Shown: in pieces, positions 35,467-47,818 of the stretch
Layout: each line of letters starts with the position of its first letter
How positions within the stretch are numbered: position 1 is the first letter of the stretch
Assembly (NCBI RefSeq): GCF_001194135.2
Contig: NC_068998.1
Location: 25,785,759 to 25,845,723 of the forward strand
DNA length: 59,965 nt
Reading direction: 5' to 3'
From: Octopus bimaculoides
Taxonomy: Eukaryota
Translations under genes and position numbers: made by a program
Notes under the pieces: model-generated
Databases searched by the model: none
Told to the model about the DNA's origin: nothing
What the model saw: only the letters and a program-made list of their open reading frames with translations

Positions 35467-37654
35467 ATATACAGATATCACATACTGTATGTAATTTGGT
35501 TATACGCGCAAACCATAAGCAGATATCCGGCATCTCTCCAGATGAAGAAGGTCCGGTGTCCTGATGAATGGTGCCGATCACCGAAGCTCATAATTACAGC
35601 TATTTAGGAGAAACAACACAGAGAATACGATAGAGTACGAAACGTGTCACTTCTCTGACGTATCAAGTAGGTTCACCTGTAGCAGATGTGATCGCTGCTG
35701 GAGATCAAGTGTGGGCCTTGAGATCAACGTGTGAGCCGGCCAGAATCGATTGCTGAAAAAACAGCAGTCAATGTTGACCTACAACGGGCAGCCGGTGACG
35801 ATGATGTTTCATTAATTGATACACATTTGTTATGGAGGTTATTTTCAGTTGTATTTGAAGTACAGTATTTAGATAATTATTGAGATATATGTACTGAAAA
35901 GGAATTATGTAATTTAGAATTTTTGCGACTATATATGATTTACGTACTAAATATACTCCAAAACAGGTCTTCAAATATCTATTTTTTCTTATTTAATCGA
36001 AATCGTTTCAACTGATGTAGCTAATCGAAGGGTTTTAGCATGCTTATTCACCAAATTTTCTATTTAGAGCTGGCCATGACCAAGCAATATTCTGAAATTA
36101 CGCTCCCATTCTGTTGATGGGTAACTCTGAGATTTATTTATTACATATATGGCTGGTATCAAGTGTAACTGCCAAAGATTAAGTTGAAAAAGTAGGTTCC
36201 TCACGTGAAGTGCAAAGCCAATCCTTAAATTTGCTTTCTTGGCAAACATTACCGTCAGTGGAAACGTGTCGTAAGGAACTACAACATAGTTAAGGAGCGA
36301 TTAACAATGCTCAGAAACTAAATGTTTTTAATTCCTTTTGTTCAGCAGTTATCATGCTTACTGAATCTTGAAAAACGTTTTGAAGCATGATTCTGTCATG
36401 CTAGCAGTGGTTCCGTTTGTGGTGACGTTAGCTCCCTACTGAAATCCATCTCCAAGTGAAAATAGCTTTCCAATAAAAGTATTATCGTAATGCATAATAA
36501 TTTTTAGCATCCTGTCATATATGTAATGCGTATTTCTTCATAAATCAAAGATTTCCTCAATAAGAAACAAACCGTAAATCTATTGCGCTTCATATGATGG
36601 TAATCTCATTGCTGTTTCCACTAATGGAACATCGCTTAAAACCAATGTACGCTGTTTTTCTCTTTTAAGCAAACCACTAAGTTTTACTAGGTGTTGCAAG
36701 TGGGAGAAATAAGAGAGCGCTGGCACGCATATTTTTCATAAGTGTGTTGCAAAGTGATCTCCTTTTTTTTTTTTTTGTTCTCTCAGATCCAAATACAAAG
36801 AAAGAACGTTGGTATTTGTCATTATAAATGACATGACTCTGCCCTCAAAATTACTTTCTGGCTGGAATTCAGAAATGTCCCTCTTTAGTTTCTGATTTTT
36901 CTTGCAATATAGTTGTATGCTAAGCATAGGATCTGCAAGGCTTACTATTCTACATTGAAGACTATACAATTTCAATGTCCAATATATCATCTGTACGAGA
37001 TATATGGTGTGGTGGACACGTTGAAAGTCCGTTATGAATGCATTTTACAGGCTTTTTTTTGGCTATTATATGCAGATATTCTTGGGTAGGTTTGCCTCCT
37101 GTGAGATGGTATATCAATACATGCTGCTTCGTCTTAACATCTCACCCACTCATTTTAGCTAGTGAGTAACTTGTGCTTATCTGTTAGGATAAGAAAAACT
37201 AGTCAACACTTGTAGATTATACGTGCGATACCTAGAATATGCAAAAATAGCAGAGTAATATGTAATTCTTCAGTATTAGTTGGGCTGAGAAAATAAATTT
37301 TTGCATTAATTTGTGTCATATTTTCCTTTACTTTTCTATCTACATGTCTCTTTGTCAGAAACTTAACGGTATGCTATTTCAATCTAATGAAGTTGTCTTC
37401 AATAGTTATCACTTTTGCTTAGTTTAAACCAGAGTTTAAAGTGAATGAGCTCTATATGCTTGTACTAGGTATGCTATTGATTGAGCTCGTTAATGTACAG
37501 AAACTGTTGTTCATCAATATGCACTCGAAATTTTTCTCATACGTCAAAAGGCATCATGGCAATGCCGTCTCATGTTGCACAGGGAACAATGGAAACAAGA
37601 AAGTATTCGTTTTATATGTACACCAACATTGTTATTTAGATTTTCTAAATGATT

Positions 37655-37857
37655 ACTCTTTTACTTGTTTCAATCATTTGACTGCGGCCATGCTGGAGCA
37701 CCGCCTTTAGTCGAACACATCGACTCCACGACTTATTCTTTGTAAGTCTAGTACTTATTCTATCGGTCTCTTTTGCCGAACCGCTAAGTTACGTGAACAC
37801 ACCAGCATCGGTTGTCAAACGATGTTGGGGGGGACAAACACAGACACACAAACATAT

Positions 37858-37909
<52 letters not shown>

Positions 37910-38068
37910 GACGGGTTTCTTTCAGTTTCCGTCTACCAAATCCACTCGCAAGGATTTGGTCGGTTCGAGGCTATAGTAGAAGACATTCGCCTAAGGTGCC
38001 ACGCAGTGGGATTGAACCCGGAACCATGTGGCTGCTAAGCAAGCTACTTACCACACAGCCACTCCTGC
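37655..38068 (-). mobile_element. SINE family 2, full length
   Basis: Complete reverse copy with (CA)n(TA)n core. Confidence 0.92.
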
Positions 38069-38099
38069 GCCTTTATTGGCAATACAGTGTAAGGCTTCA

Positions 38100-38750
38100 T
38101 TGGCAGTAATAAATTAAGAATCTATGATCAAGTATTACAGGGTTGAGATGTTGCCTGCCAGCAGCGTGCACCAACCTGTGTAGAAATTTTTATACGAAGA
38201 AGGCATTCCTTGCGTTCTACTTTTGTTTGCCTTTGTGGTTGTCACCCACGTCTTTTAATGGGAATAATGAATCGTACATCTGTAGTCCTAACTTTGGTCT
38301 ACATATATTAAAATCAACCACATGGAGTCGAAACACAAGGATATCTTTCGCATATCGTTTCCCATTCTTTCTTCGATAATATCTTATCTACTTCCTCAAT
38401 TGTTGGCCAGGTGCACTGCCTACATTCTGCTTGAAAATTATTTCAGTTATGAATACCATAGCTTGGTAGTTAAATGCACAGAATGTATTTTAAGTCCTTC
38501 TTCAAGCTCGACAACTTTATATGCTTTTGCGTATACACAATTCACTTATAAAAAACGTCACGTTATTGAATACTTTCCTCTAAACGGTCACGAATGTATT
38601 CTAGTGACATTTGCTTCACCATAATCTACTACATGGATTTGAGCAAGCTGTCGTTGCCCATATTGCTCACATGGATGCTTTTACCATGCACAATGTTAGA
38701 TTTCACCACGAACTCTAAACCAAGAAACGCCATGTTTCTGTGTACCCACA
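38100..38750 (-). mobile_element. Unclassified DNA transposase remnant
   Basis: Degenerate VHGKS.. (HGK..DG-like) motif, EEGLKIHSV (GTRKIH-like) and a terminal C..CLAG cysteine pattern across frameshifts. Confidence 0.35.
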
Positions 38751-39549
38751 GACGCAAAGGAAGAATCTGAATTATTTATTCAAGTGAATCGTTATTTCTC
38801 TTTTCTTTTTCCTTATTTTCTCTACAAACAACAATCGATCCTATCTGAAGCTCATATACTTTCTTTGCCTATTGTGTAATACGGAAACGTTTGATTGCTG
38901 ATACATGTACACAACTTTTCCTTCTATAGAACTTGTGATACATATTTCAATGATGTGCAGAACTAGCGATTAACTTTCCTAGTGCCACAGCTATGAAGAT
39001 GAGTTTTGGAATTATATGTTAAGTTGTTCAAAGGGTAAGATATGGATCTTACACTTAATTATCTCATATTGTCAGTATTATTATTTTGCCAGTGCAGTAG
39101 GGAGAAAAATACCTTGATTAGTTTTGTTGTCTCTTCTATAATTTCACTGTCTCTGTTTCTCGTTTACATCTTGTGATAACATTTTCTTCTTGTTGCGTTT
39201 CTTTTTCACCCTTTTTTACCTTATCTCTACTTCTACAAATTTCCCACTCTCTCCTTCTCTCTCTTTCTCTCTCTATTTCTCTATATCTTTCTTTCACTCT
39301 CACCCTCAATAGTTCCTCTTTCTTCAATTTCTTCTCCAGTGTGGTATTTTAATTTATGTAGGAGCAATTCAATCTTTCCGATTCTTCTCCTTCCTAGTAT
39401 ATCTCCTGGCAAAGCACTAAACTTTTCATATTTTTAAAACATTCAAGCTTTCTTCTAGTATCACATTCATATCACTTTTCTTGCAATTAATGCTGCTTCC
39501 GGAGTTAGGCATTTGCTGTTCTTGAAGCTGCTATTTCACTTGAGATAAA

Positions 39550-39551
<2 letters not shown>

Positions 39552-39627
<76 letters not shown>

Positions 39628-39800
39628 TTTCTCTCTCTCTCTCTTTCTCTCTCTCACTTCCTCCCTCTCTCTCTCCCTCTCTGTATATACATATATGCAT
39701 ATAATCATATATACATACATACACACACACGCACACATGCACACACGCACGCACACACATACACATACACATACACACACATACACACTACACACACACG
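39552..39800. repeat. (CT)n(CA)n compound microsatellite block
   Basis: Directly visible. Confidence 0.9.
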
Positions 39801-40744
39801 AATATACATATATATATCGCCTCATTTTTTTCTGGGTCAGTCTTCGTTGTTTTCATTTTAACCATTTTCACCATTTTCACCATTTTGTGGTTTTTCGAGA
39901 ATAAGTATTTGGAAGATTTTACAAATACGTTCATTTCACTCAACATATGGTTCTGCTCGTTTAAAACCGGATACGTTTGTTTACGATATCTACATAAGCT
40001 ATTTAGATCTTTCTTTTGTTGATGAAAAGAAATGCAAATGCAAATTTTAATGAAAGAGTATATAGAATTTACCCGAATATTTCCAGATTTTCTTTTTCTG
40101 TATTGTTTATTTATTAAACAATTTGTTTCATTTTCTTGATATTTACATTTCGAATTCTCTAATATTCGGATCTCTCACTTTTCTGTTTCTCTATTGTTTC
40201 CTACATCTATTTCATGCTTCCCACACGTCTCAAACTGACTGTCATTTGACGTCACATGAGATATTGCTCATCTATAGATCTCGATCTCAGACAATTATAT
40301 AAAACAATGAGCATATATTTTATACTACACAACAGTTTATTGAAACTGTATAAGAAGTGCCAAGAAAGATCAAGCGTTGATATATCTCGTCAGTTTTGAA
40401 ATATAATGTATGACAAGTTAATTAAGAACGGCATTTAAACGACTTCAGAACGCCAATTTCAGTTCGAATTACTTAGGTGAACTTCAAATATGCTGTATTT
40501 TATCTTTAAAAAAAACCCTCGGTGATCTTCTGAAGAACGTAAGACAATAGTAGTAAAAGATGTATAAAGTGCGAATGGGAATATAATCATCAAAACTTCG
40601 TTGAGCTGTATTAGTGTATATGCATCAGTGAAAATAGGTTACACACAATGTATTTAGTGATTTCAATTAAAAGATCAATTCTAAATCTTATATTATCTCC
40701 CCTGTATATTAATAAACACTTAACCAACTACATCAAAATTAACA

Positions 40745-41549
40745 TAATATCTTAGATAACTTAGATAACTTAGACAGCTTTCGGTCAGTATTGTCACAGG
40801 TTATGTCTAACTTAATAGGGCACACTGGTGAAGTCTTTTAGTCATGTATGGGACACCATGTCCCACTCTAGCAAAGAGTTACTGTTGGAGACATATACGG
40901 ATGTAGGAAGTTTGGTTCGGGATTTTTGAAGAAATTTGTCCAGAAAGCTTTTGAATTTTATGGGATCTCTTTCTGTTTTGATGTATTTTGGTATAATATT
41001 AAAAAGAGCTGGACCGGTTGAGGTAAAGTAGTTGTGTCGAAATGTTGTTATGTGTCTTGAATTCGATTTTTGTAGAGGGCGGATAGCATGGTGTCTACGT
41101 CTTGGATAGATTTTAAAATTGATGTCAACATCATTTGTACAATATTGATGGAATATGTTTCACTCACACATATGACGTAGCGCTCACGGCAGCGTTGGAT
41201 AGAGTAGGGATTGCGGTTTTTTAGTCAACCTCTAATAGTCAGTGTCTGTCATGCCGTCTATTTTTCTTGTTCTTGACCTCTGGAGTGCCTCTACTTCCAT
41301 AAGGAGTTGTTTCGTGTGGAGAGACCACAGTGGGCAAGAGTAGTCAAGGTGCGGTCGGGAAAATGTAGAGTAGAGAAGGATGATGGTGTTAGCATCTCTA
41401 GACTAGAAAGTGCTCAGAGTCCAGGAGCACATCTTGTGGGCCAAGTCAAACTTGCTATTGACGTGGGAACTCCAGCTTAGATTCTTATCAACAATTACTC
41501 CAAGGTCTCTGCAATTGCTGGATGACATTAGGGAGTCGACCGAGGGAAG

Positions 41550-41615
<66 letters not shown>

Positions 41616-42450
41616 TTTCAGAGTATCCTTTTTTTCTAAAGTGGATCAAATTAAACTTATCTTAATTTACAAGTGTATAATTATTTTCCGCCCATTGGAC
41701 AACAACAAACAGATCTGACTGAAGACATGTTCGGTCTCCCATACCGTTTATGGCCTTCTGGAGCTTGGAATCATCTGCAAGGATTCTCAATGTACAACGT
41801 TCGATGAAGTCAACTATGTTATTGATGTAGATAACGAAGAGGAGTGGGTCCAACACAGTACCTTGTCGGACACCACTACTGACGTTGGCAGAGCTTGATC
41901 GGATTCCCTCACATAAAACATATTGGCTTCTGTTTGTCAGGAAACACTTTATCCACTGCAGCGGATTTCCATGGATTCCACTGTTGTACAGTTTTTTCAG
42001 TAGGATTTTGTGGTCCACTCTGTCAAATGCCTTGCTAAAATCAACGTATATGGCGTCAGTGTTGGATCCTTCTCCTAAAGATTTTGAAGTTTCATCAAAA
42101 TCGTGCTGAAGCTGCAACAAGCAGTCCCTGCCATCACGGAAACCATGCTGGTAGGGGTTCAGCAGAATTTTCTCTTCGAGAAAGTGGGTTATTTGTGATC
42201 TCACCACCCTCTCAAATACGTAAATGATATGAGAGGTGAGAGAAATCGGACAGTAGATCGCTGCAAGAGATTTGCTTCCGTTTCTGAAAACTGGAACGAC
42301 AGACTGGGAAAGAAAATAATCAGGAATGTAACCTGCGTCACATGAGTTCCTCCAGAGCTCAGCTAGAGGGAGTGCAATTTGATGTCCACACATCTTCAGG
42401 GCAGTGCCCTGAAGCTATCCGGACCCAATGCCGAGTTGTGCTTGATCCTA
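40745..42450 (-). mobile_element. 5'-truncated CR1-clade LINE (RT domain through 3' end)
   Basis: ORF 41662..42393: YCPISLTSHI..VFER, QHGFRDGRDC, YVDFSKAFDRVDH, SSGVRQGTVLDPLLFVIYIN, ADDSKL. Continues RDLGVIVD..RPHLDYSCPLWS. Ends in a short tandem tail (cttagataa)x3 near 40751. Confidence 0.93.
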
Positions 42451-44182
42451 TTTATTTCTGCTAGTATATCAAGAGCACGAAAAGTTATGTTAGATATAGA
42501 TAGTTGAGGGTTTAGTCAACCGCTTTAACGTTACTTCATGGTGTTTTTTGGGGTTTTTTTTTTCGCAAATGAAAAGAACACTTTGGGATTGAGTTTTATA
42601 TTCTCAATGGCTCAATTCCCCTCGGCTTCTCTTAGTTGGTTAATGATGGTCATCATACTTATTGAGAGGTTGCGTGTTTTTCAATCCGAAGGATGCATTG
42701 GTAGTCGAATGGGTTCGTTGCTGGTGGCAGGAAAAGAATGATCTGAAACACAAGGATGAACCAAATTTCGAAATAAAGGAGACAATAAGAAAGCAGAATT
42801 TTCAAAATTCTAAATACAAAACGTTATTTTTAATGGCGAAATAGCGAAATGAAACAATACAAATACCAAATGTGAAATTAGCTAATTTTATTATTTTTTA
42901 CTTTTCTGTTTTTGCATAACGAGTGAATTATTGTGAAATATTTAACTATAAAGATATCGTTCTTTTAAAGACAAGGATCAGTGATGGAATGTACATGGAA
43001 ATATCTAGTAAACTAAACACTTCTACTCTCAGTTAAATCTGTGAGATAATCTTAGGAACGAAATAAAGTATTTCCTTAAAAAGTGGTAGGGTTTAGTAGA
43101 GCAGAAGCAAGATACAGCGTCAAGTAAAGTTTTATAAGAAACAGGAAAAAAAAATGATTTACGCCTTGAATAGCACTGTATGTTGTTATGAATTAAGAGA
43201 AAATATCCTGAAAATTTTACCACATACATATTGGATACAGGTAAAGGTTTTGGCTTAGAGGAATGCTGATATAAAGATATGTGTGAAATTCTATACAACC
43301 AAGTAAAAATACCAAACATCCAGTTCATGCTCTTAGACTAATTACTTCCGAGAAAACACAGAATTGATATATACCAGATTAAATATACAGCATAAAGATT
43401 TCACCATATCTGATCTCTCTACCTCAAATATCAAGTCCCTTTCTATATCGTATTCTATACATACTTATATCAGCTTACATAAGAATATAGTTACACAAGC
43501 ATATAAGCAGATGGTCGTTTTGTCTGCGAGTATGACGCAATCCCGATCGCATCCATGCATCTGAATATAAGTTCATGTACACACGCGCACGCACGCACAC
43601 ACATACACATACATGCATGTAACCATTGATTTCATATATATATATATATTTACACACCATACACACATGTATACATAGATATATACAAGTGTGTGTTTGT
43701 ACATATATATGTGTATGTGTGCGCGTGTGTATGCATATGTATATGTATATGTGCATGTATAGATGTAGACATATGTGTCTGCGCATACATACGCATTTCT
43801 GTATAGTTTTGAATGCCCTGAGGTCCAGTGGCAGACATTAAGTCATAAATCATGCATGTAGGTGTGAGGTGGATGCCTGTGTGATTTAATATTTAATGTT
43901 TGTCTGTGAACTTCTGTCTCTTTTGTAAGCAATTTCTGTTAAACCTACACATACACGCGCACATACACACAAACATATACGTATTTATGATATACATATA
44001 TATATANNNNNNNNNNNNNNNNNNNNNNNNNNNNNNNNNNNNNNNNNNNNNNNNNNNNNNNNNNNNNNNNNNNNNNNNNNNNNNNNNNNNNNNNNNNNNN
44101 NNNNNNNNNNNNNNNNNNNNNNNNNNNNNNNNNNNNNNNNNNNNNNNNNNNNNNNNNNNNNNNNNNNNNNNNNNNNNNNNNN

Positions 44183-44216
<34 letters not shown>

Positions 44217-44944
44217 GTGTGTGTGTATTCGATTAGATTAGATTATGGAAGTTGTACTATTATGTAAATTAGCTTTAGCTCTTCTTCCAAAACACGCTAG
44301 ACTTCACTGGCAGACATTAAATATTATATCAGATACGTTTAATATAGAATAATATCACTCGGCTGACTAGACTTGCAATATCATATCATCTGTAGCAGCA
44401 GAATTAACAGATAGGAGAAAGAGAGGGAGTGAAATTCAAAAGGTAGAAACTGAAGGAGAATCAAAGACACAGAAGACAGGACATTGATTCAATAAATATG
44501 TATAATGACCAAATCATATTTAATTTGCAGCCGACCTTCACTTGAACGTTATATTAATGGAAAGAACACTAGAAGCTTATTCCAGAAGGACTTAGATCTG
44601 ATTATTCTTAAAGCTTAATTAAAATGGATAATTTGATTTTATTTTCTTAAATATGAAACCACGTCCAACATTTCATAGATGGGTAAACAATTTCCAGTTT
44701 TGAGATCGTGATATTTTCATTATTCAAATTCACTCAGGCTATCCATGATATTGAAGGAGAAACTAATTTCCAGCTTCTTCGACTGCATGAATTTTTTTGA
44801 ATATTAGTTTGTTTGTAATTAAACTTCTTCCTCGTTTTCTGTGAACGGGTATCTGTATAAATGCATGCATACAAATAGACACACTTATGAATACATATCT
44901 TAAAACACAATCAAATTCCTTCCCGAGCCAAAAGTTCATAAGAC

Positions 44945-45100
44945 CGATTTTCCAGATCCTGTGGCTGCTCCGTCGCAGGATTACTCATTTTTGCCATCTG
45001 AATGAACTGGAGCAACGTTAAATGGAATATTTGCTCAAGAACACAATGCATTGCCACATCCAGGAATTGAAACCATAATGTAACTTTCATGAGTGAAAGT
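44945..45100 (-). mobile_element. Fragment of another SINE-like repeat
   Basis: gaactggagcaacg..gctcaagaacacaa..ccaggaattgaaacc reads in reverse as a tRNA-like B-box head. Confidence 0.5.
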
Positions 45101-45299
45101 TACACATCCCAACAAAACAGCTTTAAAACTCAAGCAGTGAATCTGGAGAGAGATGGTGGTCGTTATAGTATGTATGGTGCATCAACTACTGTATGGAGGT
45201 GGTAAATTTAACGGACGTACCATTCCTACTCTGCATTGGTTATGTCTTATAAATTTCTTCGTAAACAAAAGCATTCTACGGTGAATTACTGAAGGCGAC

Positions 45300-45490
45300 T
45301 TGGATAAAATGCAAATTAGTATGCGTAATCAAAGCCAACCACGTGAACCATAAACTAACCAGAGCGGGGAAAAGAAGCATTACCTGGTTCCCCTGAAAAT
45401 GCGGCAAATAGCGTGTTTGATTGCACTGCGCAATTTGGCACCGCCAACTGGACACAAAACGTGTTTTGGCGGTTGGCTTTTAGCTAACAG
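45300..45490. promoter_or_regulatory. Candidate enhancer/promoter motif cluster
   Basis: ATGCAAAT (45309-45316), adjacent ATGCGTAAT (45321-45329), CACGTG (45340-45345) and TTTTGGCGG, with local CpG retention. Followed by a GA-rich tract. Confidence 0.3.
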
Positions 45491-45944
45491 TACTACTTGG
45501 AACTGAAGGCACATACAGACAGGAAGGCAGACAGACGGATGGAGGGACGAAAGGAGCAAGGGAGAGAGGGAGGCAGGACGTTAGGGAAGGATATAGAAAG
45601 AGATAGAGAACCATTACAATATATTAAAAGAGCCACATTGACATAGACACTCCCCCTCTCCGCGCAGAGATAAAGAGAAATATGCTCATACACATAACGG
45701 AGGGATAGAGAGAAAAACATTAATATGCACTAAGTGACCCTAATTGTTTCAAACAGTCCCCACGACACATAATGCACAATCAAGAAAAACACAATTTTTT
45801 TAAACGTAATTAGAAAAGAGACAGAGCATGTGAAACAATGAAAGAAACAATATAATCGACTGAAGTAGTACTATTAAAAGTGCCTCATTTAATATGGTAC
45901 AAGTGTGCAGTGAAAGTTTATTATTAATAACAGAAAATATTGGT

Positions 45945-46095
45945 TCCAAATTTTGGCTCAAGGTAAGGATTCCGGGGGCAGGTCAAGTCGATTTTGAACC
46001 CGAAGGAATGGAATAGTAAGTGACCCCAGTGGCATTTGAACGTAAAATCAATTGAAATACCGCGAAGTATTTTGTCCGACGCGGTAATGATTTTG
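45945..46095 (-). mobile_element. SINE family 1, degenerate
   Basis: ccaaattttggc.caagg..cccgaagg..gaaataccgc.aagtattt..gctcgccgcctta. Confidence 0.7.
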
Positions 46096-46319
46096 CTTGC
46101 TCGCCGCCTTATTAATAAAAGAAAATATTACTATGCTAACTTTTCGAGAGGCTAACTTTCTTTGAATATTCTTTTGGTAACTATGAGCAGTAGTCATAAA
46201 TTCGATAGTATATATGTTTTCAAAATTAGTAAAAGTTTCATATATTCTGTTTTCACTATCTGTATATTAGTTTGAGTTTTGGCTGTAGCCCATATCCAAC
46301 GAATAAACGTTTATAGTAC

Positions 46320-47400
46320 TCATCTCTCTCTTTCTGCATTTTACGAAGCCCTTGTAATTCAATGTTGTTGGGGCTGGCACACTAACTTCGTATTGTTATC
46401 GACGATGGACTACTTCCCAATGATTGTTTATATGTTCATAATTGTTTGAATCCATTGGTAAAGATTCAAAACGGGGACGTTGTAAGAATAGTGGGGCACG
46501 TTGTTCAGTTCCTTGTCTACGTTAACGACTAGCATAAGTATCTTCAAACGATTGAGTAACGTCCGAATTTATTGCGGTAGCTTTGTTCCAAGAGTAATCA
46601 AATATTTGTCATTCTTGCACAAAAGTACAAATTCAAAAGCAGTATCCATTTTTATTTTCGACGCAATATTTGGATCAGTATTGAACAGATAACCCAACAA
46701 GCTACATGTTTTTTGCAGATAACGGGTTAAATGAAAAAAAGAAACATTTCTATGCACACCAGGCAATGATTCTTCCATAGCTTTATGTGCAGCTTCCTGA
46801 AAGTTGCGCACAATAGAAATGCGTCTGAAATTGAACTTACTTTCTTTCCAAACCTCGAACATACAAATATATGTGGTGTATTGTTTCTTCGGTAAAACAG
46901 CATATTGTTGGATGAAATCTATCATACTTGTTTTTACCAAAATCACCTAAATTTGAAGAAAGGGGATCCAAACAACATAGAATGTTTCATCTGCAATCCA
47001 CATATCAGACGACACTAAATACTGAAGCTGGTTGGCTCTTCTAAGGAATTCTGCAAAGGATGCATTGTTCGTACAATTTTTCTCGAAGAAGACATATGAG
47101 GAATAGACGCTAAAATAGCATGAAATATGTTTATTAAACATTCCTTTATAGCTACACTGGGAGACTCAAGAGTCTCTACTGCTCCTTTTTATATTCGTTT
47201 TGAAATATGCGGTATCTTGTTGTGATGGGAAAGCTTCAGGCTACTGAAGATGTAACGTATTTACCACTTTTCTGGCTTTTGTATGTATCCATATTTTGCA
47301 TCGATTTTTCAGCTCACAATGCAAATATTCACTGTCAATTCTGCTTAGTTTGTCAAAGGTGCGAAGAAATCGATTGTGAGAATGTTTTTTGGGTTTTTTT
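46320..47400 (-). mobile_element. Mutator-like (FLYWCH + MULE DDE) transposase fossil
   Basis: FDKLSRIDSEYLHCELKNRCKIWIHTK (FLYWCH-like); WIADETFYVV..PFLQI; YAVLPKKQYTTY..MF..NFQEAAHKAM..PGV..SFFHL. Many stops. Confidence 0.8.
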
Positions 47401-47589
47401 CTTTTCCACATTTCTTCAGCAGAGAACTATATGATATTATTTGATTCCCTCTCTGAATAATTTCTAATAAATGTCTTACATGTTTCTCCTACATGTACAA
47501 TTTTGTAACTTCTATTTGCAAATGAAGCATGTGTAATGGTGTATAATAATAACAAAAATTTTGTCCAACCTTCTGTTCTGATATATATG

Positions 47590-47818
47590 CGTGGCTGTGT
47601 GGTAAGGAGCTTGCTTCCCGACTACATGGTTTCGGGTTCAGTCTCACGGCGTGGCAACTTGGAAAAGTGTCTTCTACTATAGCCTGGAGCTAACCAAAGA
47701 CTTGTGAGTGGATTTCATAGCCAGAAACTGAAAGAAACCTATCGTATGTGTGAGTGTGTGTATATTTATGGCCAATATGGCCACCATCAGATGAGCGAAA
47801 CAAGTAAAAGAATAAAAG
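47590..47818 (+). mobile_element. SINE family 2, internally deleted
   Basis: Head to core intact; jumps to the tail atggcc..gaaacaagtaaaagaataaaagaa. Confidence 0.85.

Noticed and set aside
40247-40254. Full CRE palindrome TGACGTCA
   Set aside because: A single 8-mer without supporting context; about one is expected by chance per window.
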